A stretch of 25,972 nucleotides of DNA, counting the filler, from Pelomyxa schiedti (taxonomy: Eukaryota > Protista > Evosea): NCBI GenBank assembly GCA_020536535.1. It is 2 parts of 2 records of this genome, joined end to end, with 100 filler letters (N's around TTAATTAATTAA, not from the genome) between each part and the next. Parts side by side here need not be neighbours in the genome. Positions count along the whole stretch, not along the records: positions 1 to 20,516 come from JAHLWZ010001088.1; 1 more part is not named here. One strand, given 5' to 3'. Below are positions 1 to 10,149 of this stretch, piece after piece. Under the pieces are notes generated by a model. It had not been told where the DNA came from, searched no databases, and worked only from the letters and a program-made list of their open reading frames with translations. The stretch's first letter is position 1. Every line of letters begins with the position of its first letter. Position numbers and translations under genes: made by a program.

Positions 1-191
1 GGTGTAAGTGTGAAGACGTCCCCTGTGTCGGATCCGTGCCACCAATTCATCAAAAATTTTTGCTTTCGTCCAGCCAAGTCTCTGTTTCCGAGTTGTGGCC
101 CCATTCTTCTAGCCTTTAACTGCCCGATGAAGCAGTATTTGCAGGGTTCCATTTTAGCCTGGAACATCGATATTCTGTCCAGGCCCATCAT
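1..191 (-). CDS. Possible 5' part of an unidentified gene running off the left edge, divergent from the SRA gene
   Basis: Stop-free minus-strand frame from ATG at 191 (MMGLDRISMFQAKMEPCKYCFIGQLK...MNWWHGSDTGDVFTLT) to the window edge. No family recognised. Confidence 0.25.
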   Translation of the reverse strand, partial: MMGLDRISMFQAKMEPCKYCFIGQLKARRMGPQLGNRDLAGRKQKFLMNWWHGSDTGDVFTLT

Positions 192-331
192 CCAGTGTCA
201 CCATCAATTCCTGAAAAATCATGATTATGCGAAGGGATGGGAGCAGCGAAAAGCCCTGAGGCACCGGCACCGGTGATGGCAAAAGCGACAGGCACAATCA
301 AATAGATCTCCAACCAAAATAACCGCGGGTG

Positions 332-1965
332 ATGTCCGAGTCGCAAATTCGGAAAGACGGCGCTAACGTCACATACACCGTTAGTTTTTTTCCACTTTTT
401 TTGTTGCTGTTAGCGTCCTCTCTCTTTCTTTTTTGTGTGAATGTGGTTTTTTTTTTCAGGTTGGACAACGTTTCCCTACGTTCAAGGCGATGGGCGCGGC
501 AGGAATGCACCGCGCACCGCAAGGTGGAATCAGCCCAGCTGGCGACTCATCAATCGCGGAAAGCATTGTTGTATGCAAGCAGTATTGGGACGACGATGAT
601 CAAGGTAAATTTACCTACTGCTCCCCTCTCCCGTGCTCGCTACCCGCAAAAACACACTCGTTCGTAGCGATAGTGTATTCAATATCATGCTAATGATCAC
701 TTTTCCACAGGGGATACTCTGTGGTTCACGGGACAGGGGATGGAGGGGGATCAACAATTGATACGAGGCAACGCCGCTCTTTCAAACGCTTACGACAGAG
801 ACTCACCGATACGCGTGATCAGGGGCTGCAATTGCAGAGCTGGGGTTGCACCCTCCTGGGGGTACAGATACGACGGGCTCTACAAAGTCGTGACCTATGA
901 GCAAAGGGTTGAAGGGGAAGAAGGAGGAAGACTGGTGTGGAAATTCTTACTTCAGAGGTTGGAGGTAAAATCAAAAACGTGTTGACAGTTTTAATTTAAC
1001 TAAATCATGCAGGGGCAGCCTGAGGCACCCTATAAAAAGCGGGTAACATCTCCCCCTTCTTGCACACCAACATTATATTTCTAACGTGCAGTTTCAGGAA
1101 CCGTCACCACCACCGCCAGTTGATATAAAATATGCCAAGAGAGATACCAGGCTGATGAGGATGCCGAAGCCTCGTGTCAAACCAAAGAAGTTAGCACCCA
1201 GAAACAAGAAACCTCGCCTCTCTCCTCCTTCCCGTTCCTCATCTTCCGAATCACTGAGCAGCGCTTCTAGCAGTGACACAAGTTCATCAGATACAAGTGA
1301 CACAGAGACAGAACCTGAATCACCAATGGTGCTGAGAAGGGCACCTGTATTTGTATGCCACTCGGTTCTCAACTCCCCACGGCAGCAGCGGTCTTCCCTG
1401 CAGCAACCACCCTTGAACAACCGCTTCAAAAAGAAATTGTCCTTGGACCGTAAGCTGCCAATATTCCCGTATATTTATGGTTACAAATTAATTCAGAGTT
1501 CCTGAGTATTCATTCGGCGTTCATCGTCATGTCGCTCACTGAGATATCAGAGTGGATGTCTCGCGGATTGTGTGCATTTTGCCGTGCTCCGCTCCATTCT
1601 CTGACTTTGGAAGCGTGTCGACAAGTTTGTTCCTTATCCCTATATATTCATTTGAATTAACTTTTAATGAAGCATTTTGGGGCTCACTTGAAGGTGGCGA
1701 AATCGTACCTGCCAAAGAAGCAAGAGGCACTACTTCAACAGAAGGAAAACACCCCCAGAGGCACACCCCCTGACCCATCAGCACCCACATCGGCAGACGA
1801 AATCCCATTAGGGATGGACCTGAACTCCGGTACAAGGCAATTGTATTGAATGCGAACTCACAACAATCAGACCGGGAAGCACTTGAGTACCTCCTTGCCG
1901 AGAGTACTGTTCCCACAACAATAAACACAACTGCATCCGCATCCGCATCAACACAAAAAACCTGA
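332..1965 (+). CDS. SRA/YDG (SAD) domain protein, multi-exon, with Lys/Ser-rich low-complexity C-terminal region
   Basis: Exons 332-379, 460-604, 711-964, 1013-1042, 1092-1449, further short exons, and 1871-1965 join through GT-AG introns. They give VGQRF...GMHRAPQGGIS...AESIVV...YWDDDDQGDTLWFTGQG...DQQLIRGNAAL...PIRVIRG...GYRYDGLYKV...WKFLLQRLEGQP, the SRA signature motifs of UHRF1/SUVH. Exons between ~1497 and 1829 are less certain. Confidence 0.9.
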
Positions 1966-2280
1966 AAAGACACTATCCTCTATCGTCGATATCCCACATT
2001 TACACGTTTCGCCTAGCCGTTCGTGTGCAAGTCACACTCCTCATAAAACTGGTTTGCAGAGTTGATTTTGCTGTTGTATTTGGGCTCTTTTTCAAGAGCA
2101 ACAAGGTGGCGCTGTGGAAGCCATCAGCCAATACCTTTTTTCGCCGAAATCGAAAATTTTCGAAAGAAAATGCTGTACTGGTGCCTGGTGACACAGCGGT
2201 CAGGCACCCTGGTTGTGAAGCACGAGGGTGACACAACAACAGAGGTAGCGGCACTGACCAGGCAGCTGGCACACAGACAC

Positions 2281-5200
2281 ATGCACAGCACTGAGGGAGC
2301 GTACGAGGAGGTGGCGGGGGGGACAGGCGCCGCGGCGAGTACTAGTACAACCACAACGGCCCGAGGTGATGCCAATGCCGATGGCGGTGGCCAGAGCAAT
2401 CGTACTGATGAACGAGGGGACGCCCCTGTTTTTATACGTAAGAATTATTGGAGGGCAACATATACCTTGGGGGTGACGGTACTTTTGGTTTGGGGTAAGG
2501 GGATTGATTGGCAAAAGATAACCAGAAAAAGCAGGTATCCAACACTGTCCAAAACGGGAATATCTTTCTTACAAGAGATGTGGGACCACTGTTTTGCGTT
2601 GTATCTTCTCCTGGAGCTTCCTGCGCCTGTGCGATGCAAGAGAGAACTCACTCGAGCTCCGAATACAGGGAAATCTTTGCCTTCCTGAGTGATCTGCTTT
2701 CTGTTGCTGAGGGAGTTCCTCCTTATACCTCCCCTGTGTTGTCATCACAAGACAACAACGGAGGTACCAGCACCGTTACTACTTTACCTGTGACGGACTT
2801 TTCCTCCTTTGTTGGACCACCCCAGAGTTTGGAGGAATATCTTGGCAAGATTCAGGACTCATATTTTGGATTGAGGGGAGAGGTTACCACCATTGGTCCA
2901 TCATTGGGGAGACAACTTCTCCTTCCCATTTGTGAAGTCTCTATTGAAGGCTGTCTTGTTGGCCTCATGGGATCATACACGATTGCTTACACGTTCCGCA
3001 ACTGCACAGAGCTCCCTCTGGAAACCACATTTCGCTTTCCTTTATGGGGCCAGTTTCCTACCTTGAAGGGTTTCAGTGCTGACATGAACGGGAATTTAAT
3101 CTCTGGTATGTGTTACCGAAAGGAGCGCTCTTTTACTATGTGAGAGAAAACCCTCCTCTCGTAAACAATATCTCTCCTATTTTCTTGGGAAATTTACATT
3201 GATACTAGACACAACAATCCAATTGCTTCAGGTCTGTCTCGTTTTCTGCTTGAACCGGACAGCGATGACGTTTTACAACTATCACTTGGAAATTTAGCAC
3301 CAGGGGCCCAAGCAAAAATATTGGTTGAATGTGTTACTCAACTTTCCTCAGTAAATGTGGGCAATGGAAAGCAGCTCAGAAAGTTCGTAATTCCTTCAAG
3401 GGCTGGTATTACATTCTCATCCTTCTTCCTGCATTTACTTTCTCCCAGTTTATTTTTTCCGCACTGAAGCCTACAAACATTCTCGGGAAGGACTGCAAGA
3501 GCATAATATTAACTGCTGGCCACTTCGCCTTTCCCTTGATATCCGTGTGCCTAACTATACTCTTTTTGTTCGTATTAATTTAAAAAAGGAATGCCTTGCA
3601 AGGCATGTTCCATTGAATCTCCGTCACATGAGGCTCAAATATTGGTATGATGTTGAGTGTGATTACCTTCTGCAACTAAGGAGTTACCTATTTTCTTTTT
3701 CAAGGTTAACAGATCAGAGATTGAAGGAATTGCCAATTTGAGGTGCCACTGTGATGCACTCCATAAAGAAGTAGATTTCTCTTTGGTTATCACTGTCAGT
3801 GAGACGCCAACAGCTGTTATGTATTCAGAGTACAGCCCCCAGCACAACTCTACGTGCATTGCTGTGATTTCTCCCAGCGTCAGTGCGCCACAGAAGCTGT
3901 GCTCCAACGATGACGCGACTGCACAAAGGGAAATTGTACGTATATCCCCCTTTGTTTTAACTTCTATTGCTTCACGATCGTGTGGGTTGAAACTCACTCT
4001 TTCTTTTTTTTTTTTTTGGAAAAAGATCCTCTTGCTTGACCAAAGTGTGTCAATGCGTGGTTACACCATCGCAGGTGCTGCCAGAGCTTTGCTGTTATTT
4101 CTCCATTCAATTCCTGTGTGTAATTCGTTAACTAAGTCCTTGGATTGCTGTTAACATCCACTGCTAGATTGGAACCCGAATGAATATTATTTGGCATTTC
4201 CCAAGAGAAAAAAACCTAAATCAATAACTCAATCAGGTTTGGAACAACATTTTCTTTGATGCACGAAGACAGTGTTTGCTACTCTCAAGCAGAGCTGGAA
4301 CGGGCAACTGTGGAAGTGACAAAGATGAAATGTGCCAATATGGGGAGTACACAGCTGTTGGAACCTCTTGTCCACGTTCTGGGAAAACCGTTTGCAGTAG
4401 ATACCTCGACTAGGTTTGACAAAAAGAAAGGGTCACAGTGCTAATTCCTTCAGGAACGTTGTTGTCATAACGAATGGTGCCGTACAGAACACCGAGGAAG
4501 TGCTGACTGCGGTGTCATCTGCCAGGATGAGAGATAGTAGGTGCCATGTATTTGCACTCGGAATTGACGGCTGTTCGAAATTGCTTATTGATGGTCTCGC
4601 CTTTTCAGGTGATGGTGCATCTGAATATGTTCGAGTTCCAGAAAGAATTGAAACCAAGGCAGATTCTCCATTCATCGTGGTATAAATAATGAAATCAACA
4701 ACCAGGTCATGAGCCTGGTAAAAACCATTCTTCAAGACCGTGTCACCAAGCAAACTTTTACCTGGAGTCCAAGGTTGAATGTCCTGACGACTTTTCCAGA
4801 GGGCTTCCGGGTCAAAAACAACTGCACAACCATGGTTTTTGGTTTGATCTCTGGAAGGTATTCTCTGATATTCATTTGTTTTCTCCTCACCGTAAATATA
4901 TTCCTTCTACACTCAGAGTTGAGCTCAATGAAGATAGTGCAATTACTGAGGGATTTTCATTCTCTGGCGAATTAAGGGGCACAGCTTGCAATTCTCGGAG
5001 TGCCCTTCATTCAAATTTCTTTTTATCGGATGGAGATATGCTTCACTGCCTTGGCGTATGGTATGACTACCTCTTTTTTTTTCTGGGTTCTAATTTGCTT
5101 CTCTCTTGATTTTATGTATTATTATATGCAGGGAACAGATAAAAGAGTTGGAGAGTTCCTTTACATCAGTACGACCAACGAACCTTACACAGCAACAACT

Positions 5201-7221
5201 GGAACACTCAAACTTAGTTGTGGAGCTCTCCACCAAGTACAAGGTTCTCTCGACTCTGACCACGTATGTGGCTGTTCAGCAGAACAGCAACTCCACAAAC
5301 CATAAAACTGCCATCAATGAGGCTGTTGCCTCCAATACCATGCCATCATCAGGAGAAGGCAAAAGAGGGTGCCTGGCATTTTATACATTCAAAAACCTAA
5401 CTCGCACAACCTCTTCACGGAAAGTTCACCATCTGGATGGAACAGTGAGGACTGTTAACATAGATTCGACGAGGCCCCTAAAAGTAAGTGAAATTCTCGT
5501 TGTTATCTCTTTTTATTTTACAAAAGGAAGCAATAAAAACCTTACTTGACCGAATTAACCTCACCTCTGTCCATGATTACTGTTTCTTTGAGGAAGGTGT
5601 TTCGTTTTGTTCTCGCAAAATCAAAATACATTTCACCTTACTTATTTGTAACAATAGGAAGCAGTTTGCCACTCGATTCTCACAAAAGCCTTTTGGAGCA
5701 GGCAGTTGATCCTGACTCTTTCCTTCGCCTCAAAAAGAAGGATTATGGGGAGCGCGATCTGGATCCGGGGAACATGCCACTTATGTATCAGCAGGTGTTA
5801 TAATATTAATTTCGGTATGTGACTGACTCCAGAGCGGGATAGATCAGAGATCAAGTCATACAGGGCACTCTTTTCATCTTGGATCGTAATGAAATGATTC
5901 AGCTTGCATCTTTGGATGCCCAGGTGACCATCGGGGTGTTTGATCCTTCACAAGAAAAATCTTTGAAACGGTATGAATGCGTTCTCATTCTCCCTTTTTC
6001 TATGTATGTCGCCTTCTCACTTTTCCCTTCTTTCATCACAAGGAAACTCCTGGAGTTGCTTCCTGCTCATTTTCAGAAACAAAAGCATATTTCCAAGGAT
6101 ATTGCAAGGGAATGGGAGAAGCACGGCAACCTAGATCCAAGATTTGCAAAGCTCAAATATATCCAGCGTGCCAGCTCTCAACCGACATTTGGAATGTCAG
6201 TTTTTCCTGCCAAGGTACCTTTGTATTTTTCACAGGTGCAGTAAGATTAATCAGTGGAAAGGTCAGAAGGCAGGGATCACTGAAAGATATAATCATTGGG
6301 GTTTCTAGTGACTCAATCAGAGAAATTGATCTTACTTCCAGGGTTTGTTAAAATTCTTCGTTTCCTTTTCTCATTGTTTATATTTCAGGATGTGATACAT
6401 ACTTACTCTTTGAGTCACATCAAAAGATGGGGTGACTCCGCTTCAAGCATGACTCTCGACTTTGGCAAGCACGGCGATGACTTGTTGAATGTCATCACGA
6501 AAGATGGTGCGGCAATTTCCAGGTTGATCTCCAGCTGTACATATACCCTTGCAAAGATGAATCCAGGTTGGAATTGCAATTTCTTCCTTTGACCTAATTC
6601 CCGTAACAGATTCATTCGCCACCCCCGACTCTGATGCTATTAGCACAACAACAACTGGAAGTGGGGGGCAAACCGGCCATTATTCCTCGCGCCAAGTCAT
6701 ACCCAATTACCGGCGGATGTTAGCGGCGGGCGACAAGCTTCTGTCAGTTGTGATGCTGCAAAACGCAAACGGCTCATGGCCGGCCACAGAGTCTGTTGCC
6801 AGTTCCATTGGTGTCACTCTGGGTAAAGTACTCTCAGCAATTCCACCGCTTCCAAATCGGCATCACCCGGAACAACCACAGCAACAACCGCCACAGTCAT
6901 CACCAGTACCAAGCCCGGTGGTGTCATCATCACTATTTTCAGTGGATGTGCAGGAAGTATGGATGACAAATGTGGTTCTAGGTATTATTCTCTCACGCAC
7001 TGCACTGCCCTTTATTTCTAATCTAATCATTCCTGGCAGCGTTCATTGAGAGGGACTTTGATGAACTGCGGGAGGAGTGGGATCTTCTGGTCGAGAAGTC
7101 CCACAAGTGGGTTGAACGCCAGAGCGAGGCCCTGGGGATCATGAGCCACGGCACCAATCTGCAACAACCATCGTCCTGGTGTTCCCTCGCCTCTGCGTTC
7201 GTAATCTCATTGTATTATTAA
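2281..7221 (+). CDS. VWA5A-like protein (VIT + vWA + VWA5A C-terminal region) with an internal talin-type FERM domain; many exons
   Basis: VIT: YTFRNCTELPLETTFRFPL...KGFSADMNGNLISG, GNLAPGAQAKILVECVTQL, SIESPSH. vWA: LLLDQSVSMRG...ALLLFLHSIP, ANMGSTQLLEPL, VVVITNGAVQNTEEVL, HVFALGI. Post-vWA: ELSTKYKVLSTLTTYVAV. FERM at ~5420-6570. C-terminal LQNANGSW...VWMTNVVLAFIE...EEWDLLVEKSHKWV. Stop TAA at 7219-7221. Confidence 0.85.
4659..4705 (+). other. Non-canonical GC-AG intron (47 nt)
   Basis: AAG|gcagat...caaccag|GTC joins ...ERIETK to VMSLVK in frame, continuing the vWA C-terminal helix. The unspliced frame stops at 4683-4685. Confidence 0.6.
5420..6570 (+). other. Talin-head-like FERM domain (F1-F2-F3) coding segment within the VIT-vWA gene
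   Basis: Spliced KVHHLDGTVRTVNIDSTRPLK..LDSHKSLLEQAVD..LRLKKK (F1), LMYQQIRDQVIQG..IQLASLDAQVTIG..AKLKYIQRASSQPTFGMSVF (F2) and IIGVSSDSI..SLSHIKRWGDSASSMTLDFG..VITKDGAAISRLISS (F3). These match remembered talin motifs (LDGTVKTIMVD, LDHGRTLREQG, IKRWAASPKSFTLDFG, TTEGEQIAQLIAG). Confidence 0.85.
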
Positions 7222-7259
7222 TTGTTTCGGTAACCACAATCTAAGTTTCAGAGAAAACG

Positions 7260-8545
7260 ATGACGGACCACCACAACGACGACACGAAACCACCGTGGAC
7301 ACCGAAAGCATTTCCCCAAGGGGCGTCGTGTGAGGTGACACTTCGATTTCGCGACCAGATGGTTGCCCTGTTGATGTCCACTCACCCTCGTTGTGGTGTT
7401 GGTGGTGGCGGTCGCCTGGCGTCATTGTCACATCTGATGAGCCGACAAGCTGCGATCAGGTGCTGGAGTGGATCAGGGGATGTCCCACAATGTTCTTCTG
7501 CCTAAACGCCCCCGTTATGTCCAAGGCCAACGTGATCACATTTGAGGTTTCACCACTGATGGAGTCAATCACAAGTGAGGTACTCTGCTGGCGTGATGAC
7601 AGGCCCTATCATGATGTGGTATGCGTCAACGGCAGCAGTGTCCTTTCGCAGTTTCAGTCAATGACAACATTAAGTCTGCATTCAAGGGACAGACTTGATA
7701 CTGGTGAAGAATTGACGGAATGGAGCCCTGGTTTTAGTCGTGACGTATGTGTGAATGGAAAGTGGTTTATCACGGTGAGTGAGGAAAGGCGGCTGGCCAT
7801 AACACCCCTTTATCTGAAGCACGAGGGTGCGGCTGTTGGTCACCACCCAACACACGAAATTGATTGTCCTCAGGTTCCTTTTGAAGATACTGTTAAATTG
7901 GTATTCAACCACGCTGTCCCTGATGAAGCACTGCTTGCCAGGTTTCACCTTTTCCCTGAATACAGCAGTGCCCAGGCACAACTGACTGTGTTTGACGTGG
8001 CACAATCGTGGTCAGAAAACAAGTTAATTGAATTGAGTTCTACCACCACCATGTTGTATCTTCCTATGATCACAAATGTACAGGCTCCGCTGGATACCAT
8101 CTCATGCCTGGTTCTCACAAAGAGGAACGGTGCTCATGCATTGTTAATATGTTCAAAGGCCTTTGCATGTGGCACTTTTATTGAAGTTGAAGAGAAAACT
8201 GGCCGGCAAACCACACTGACCTGTGAGCCCTCTATTAAAGGGCTCTATCATTTGACTGCATCCTTTTTTTCTGTTGCAACTAGCAGGGGGCTTTGCATTT
8301 GGGACTACAACCACACATGCCGCCTACTCGCAGTTATTTCACTCTCTGATGCGACTGTGAGTTCATTTTCAGAAGGGAGCCTCCTGTTCATCAGGGAGTA
8401 TAAGATGGGGGTCCATAACTGTGTTCTCAAAGTGATACCATACAATACATCATGGTTGTCATTGGGCAGGCCTCTTCTTTGCATCACTTTGCCTCAGCTA
8501 GGAAGGATGGACGCCTTCTCACTTTCCAGCACCAGTACAATGTAA
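7260..8545 (+). CDS. Uncharacterised protein of an apparently lineage-expanded family (N-terminal RDQxxALxxSTHPRCG motif), with a frame discontinuity near 7420-7450
   Basis: ORF 7260-7505 has the ATG and the RDQMVALLMSTHPRCG motif. ORF 7391-8545 (different frame) carries DQVLEWIRG...TFEVSPLM and a long beta-rich body (VCVNGKWFITV, GLCIWDYN). No introns in the long ORF. Confidence 0.6.
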
Positions 8546-8695
8546 AATGCAAGATACCCTTTGTAGTCCTGACAATGACCGTTCTTGAATGTTCCGGACC
8601 TTTGATAATGACGAGGTACTTTCATTGATCTTTGTTCCACCCCAGTGAGTTCTTTTCGCTCCGAAAGCAGACAATCAAACAAAGAACCCTACGTG

Positions 8696-10026
8696 ATGGC
8701 TACCCTGCCCAACAGCGATGATGACGGCCCCAAGTCGAAAATCAGAGTTGTCATACTCTATTACAGCCTCACGGGCAACACCAGACACACAGCTGAGAAA
8801 ATTGCCCAGGGCCTCCAGTCACTCAAGGTGAATAACCTAGCTGTATTCACGACGAGGGTTTTCCCGGTTGTGCCGGTGATCAGGGAGACGTATTTCGGCG
8901 GACCACCCCCGCCGCAGAATTGTGGGTCACAAGCACTCGGTGAGGCCCTTGCTTGGGCCCAAGTTATTGGATGTGGAACTCTGTGTGTTACATTGAAGGC
9001 AACAGGGGGAATCTCACAGTTCCTATGTGATGTATGTTCAACCAACCCCCCCCTCTGCTTTCTTTTTGTTCTGATGTTCTTCATCTGAGTAGTTACCACC
9101 CTCACTTGTTGCTGGAAAACCGGGGTTTGTTTTCACTACTGCGGGGCAGGGAATTGGAGAAAGTAATGCCACTCTGGCTGAATCACTGGCAAAGGCTGGA
9201 GTAAAGCCGGTGCTGTCTCAGTGGGAACTGCTTCTATGTCCGGACACTGGAATGTGGTTCTTACCAAAGAAGCCAAAACGGTTGCTGTGGGGGTCCAATG
9301 TAATCGAGAAAGCCACTGCTTATGGAAAACAGCTCGGGGTACAGCTGCAGCAGTACTTTTTGGATGGAAGAAATGCCACTAGTGTGGTGAAGGAAGGTGT
9401 TACCTCTCATATCAGGAGTCTCGAGGAGGACAGAGCCCAAGGCAGAACTGTACTTGCTCCCCCTTCTCTTGCATTCCTAATGTCGGCTCAGGTTAGGCGT
9501 CTGCTCATCCCGGCAATAATATGTGATACTGCACACTGTGTAAAGTGTGGGAAATGCGCACACTCATGCCCAACGAACTCCATGACATTTTCCAAAGGTG
9601 AATTTCCAGTATGGAGAAAGGATTCCTGTTCTGGCGTATGTTTTTCGCGTCATATCCTCATTACTTAAATGCAGTGTTTCCATTAGTGCACAGCATGCAT
9701 TGCCAACTGCCCAGCAGAGGCACTTTATGTTGAAAATATGAGGCACAAACAATACTGGAGATTCCGCGAAGATAATGTCAGAGGTAGTGCCAAAGCTCCA
9801 CTTCTCCTTATTCACACTCTTGAACAGAGGGTGACAATAACTGGTCAAAACGTGATCTCTGGTAACTCCCTTTTGTTTTCCTTCCCAAAATTCCAACACA
9901 ACTAACAGGGTCTGGGCTTTGAGTGCCGCAATTTGGAGGATTGCCTCGTCGACTAAATTGCGGAGTTGTTTCCTGCTCTCAATCACCATCATTATTGCCG
10001 CTTTGGCTCTGGTGTTCTGGAAGTGA
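8696..10026 (+). CDS. EFR1-like flavodoxin-2[4Fe-4S] ferredoxin fusion, copy 1, with C-terminal transmembrane tail
   Basis: Flavodoxin phosphate loop ILYYSLTGNTRHTAEKIA and GKPGFVFTTAG. Ferredoxin motifs CVKCGKCAHSCP and CSG|CTACIANCP (intron 9636-9686). Last exon ends ...KLRSCFLLSITIIIAALALVFWK* (TGA 10024-10026). Five introns. Confidence 0.88.
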
Positions 10027-10149
10027 TGAGTACATCTATACTGAATACATATCACTTGCTCCGGCAAACGAATTTCCTCGTGCCCCGACAAATTCTTCGT
10101 TGTCTTCATCACTCTTAAAAGGGGGAAAAATGAACCGACACCGGTATCG

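Noticed and set aside
5420-6570. A genuine talin gene
   Set aside because: No rod or I/LWEQ region follows. The FERM is flanked on both sides by VWA5A-type sequence.
9675-9686. In-frame TAG inside the second ferredoxin motif (readthrough or pyrrolysine)
   Set aside because: The TAG is the intron acceptor. Splicing to 9687 restores CSGCTACIANCP, matching copy 2.
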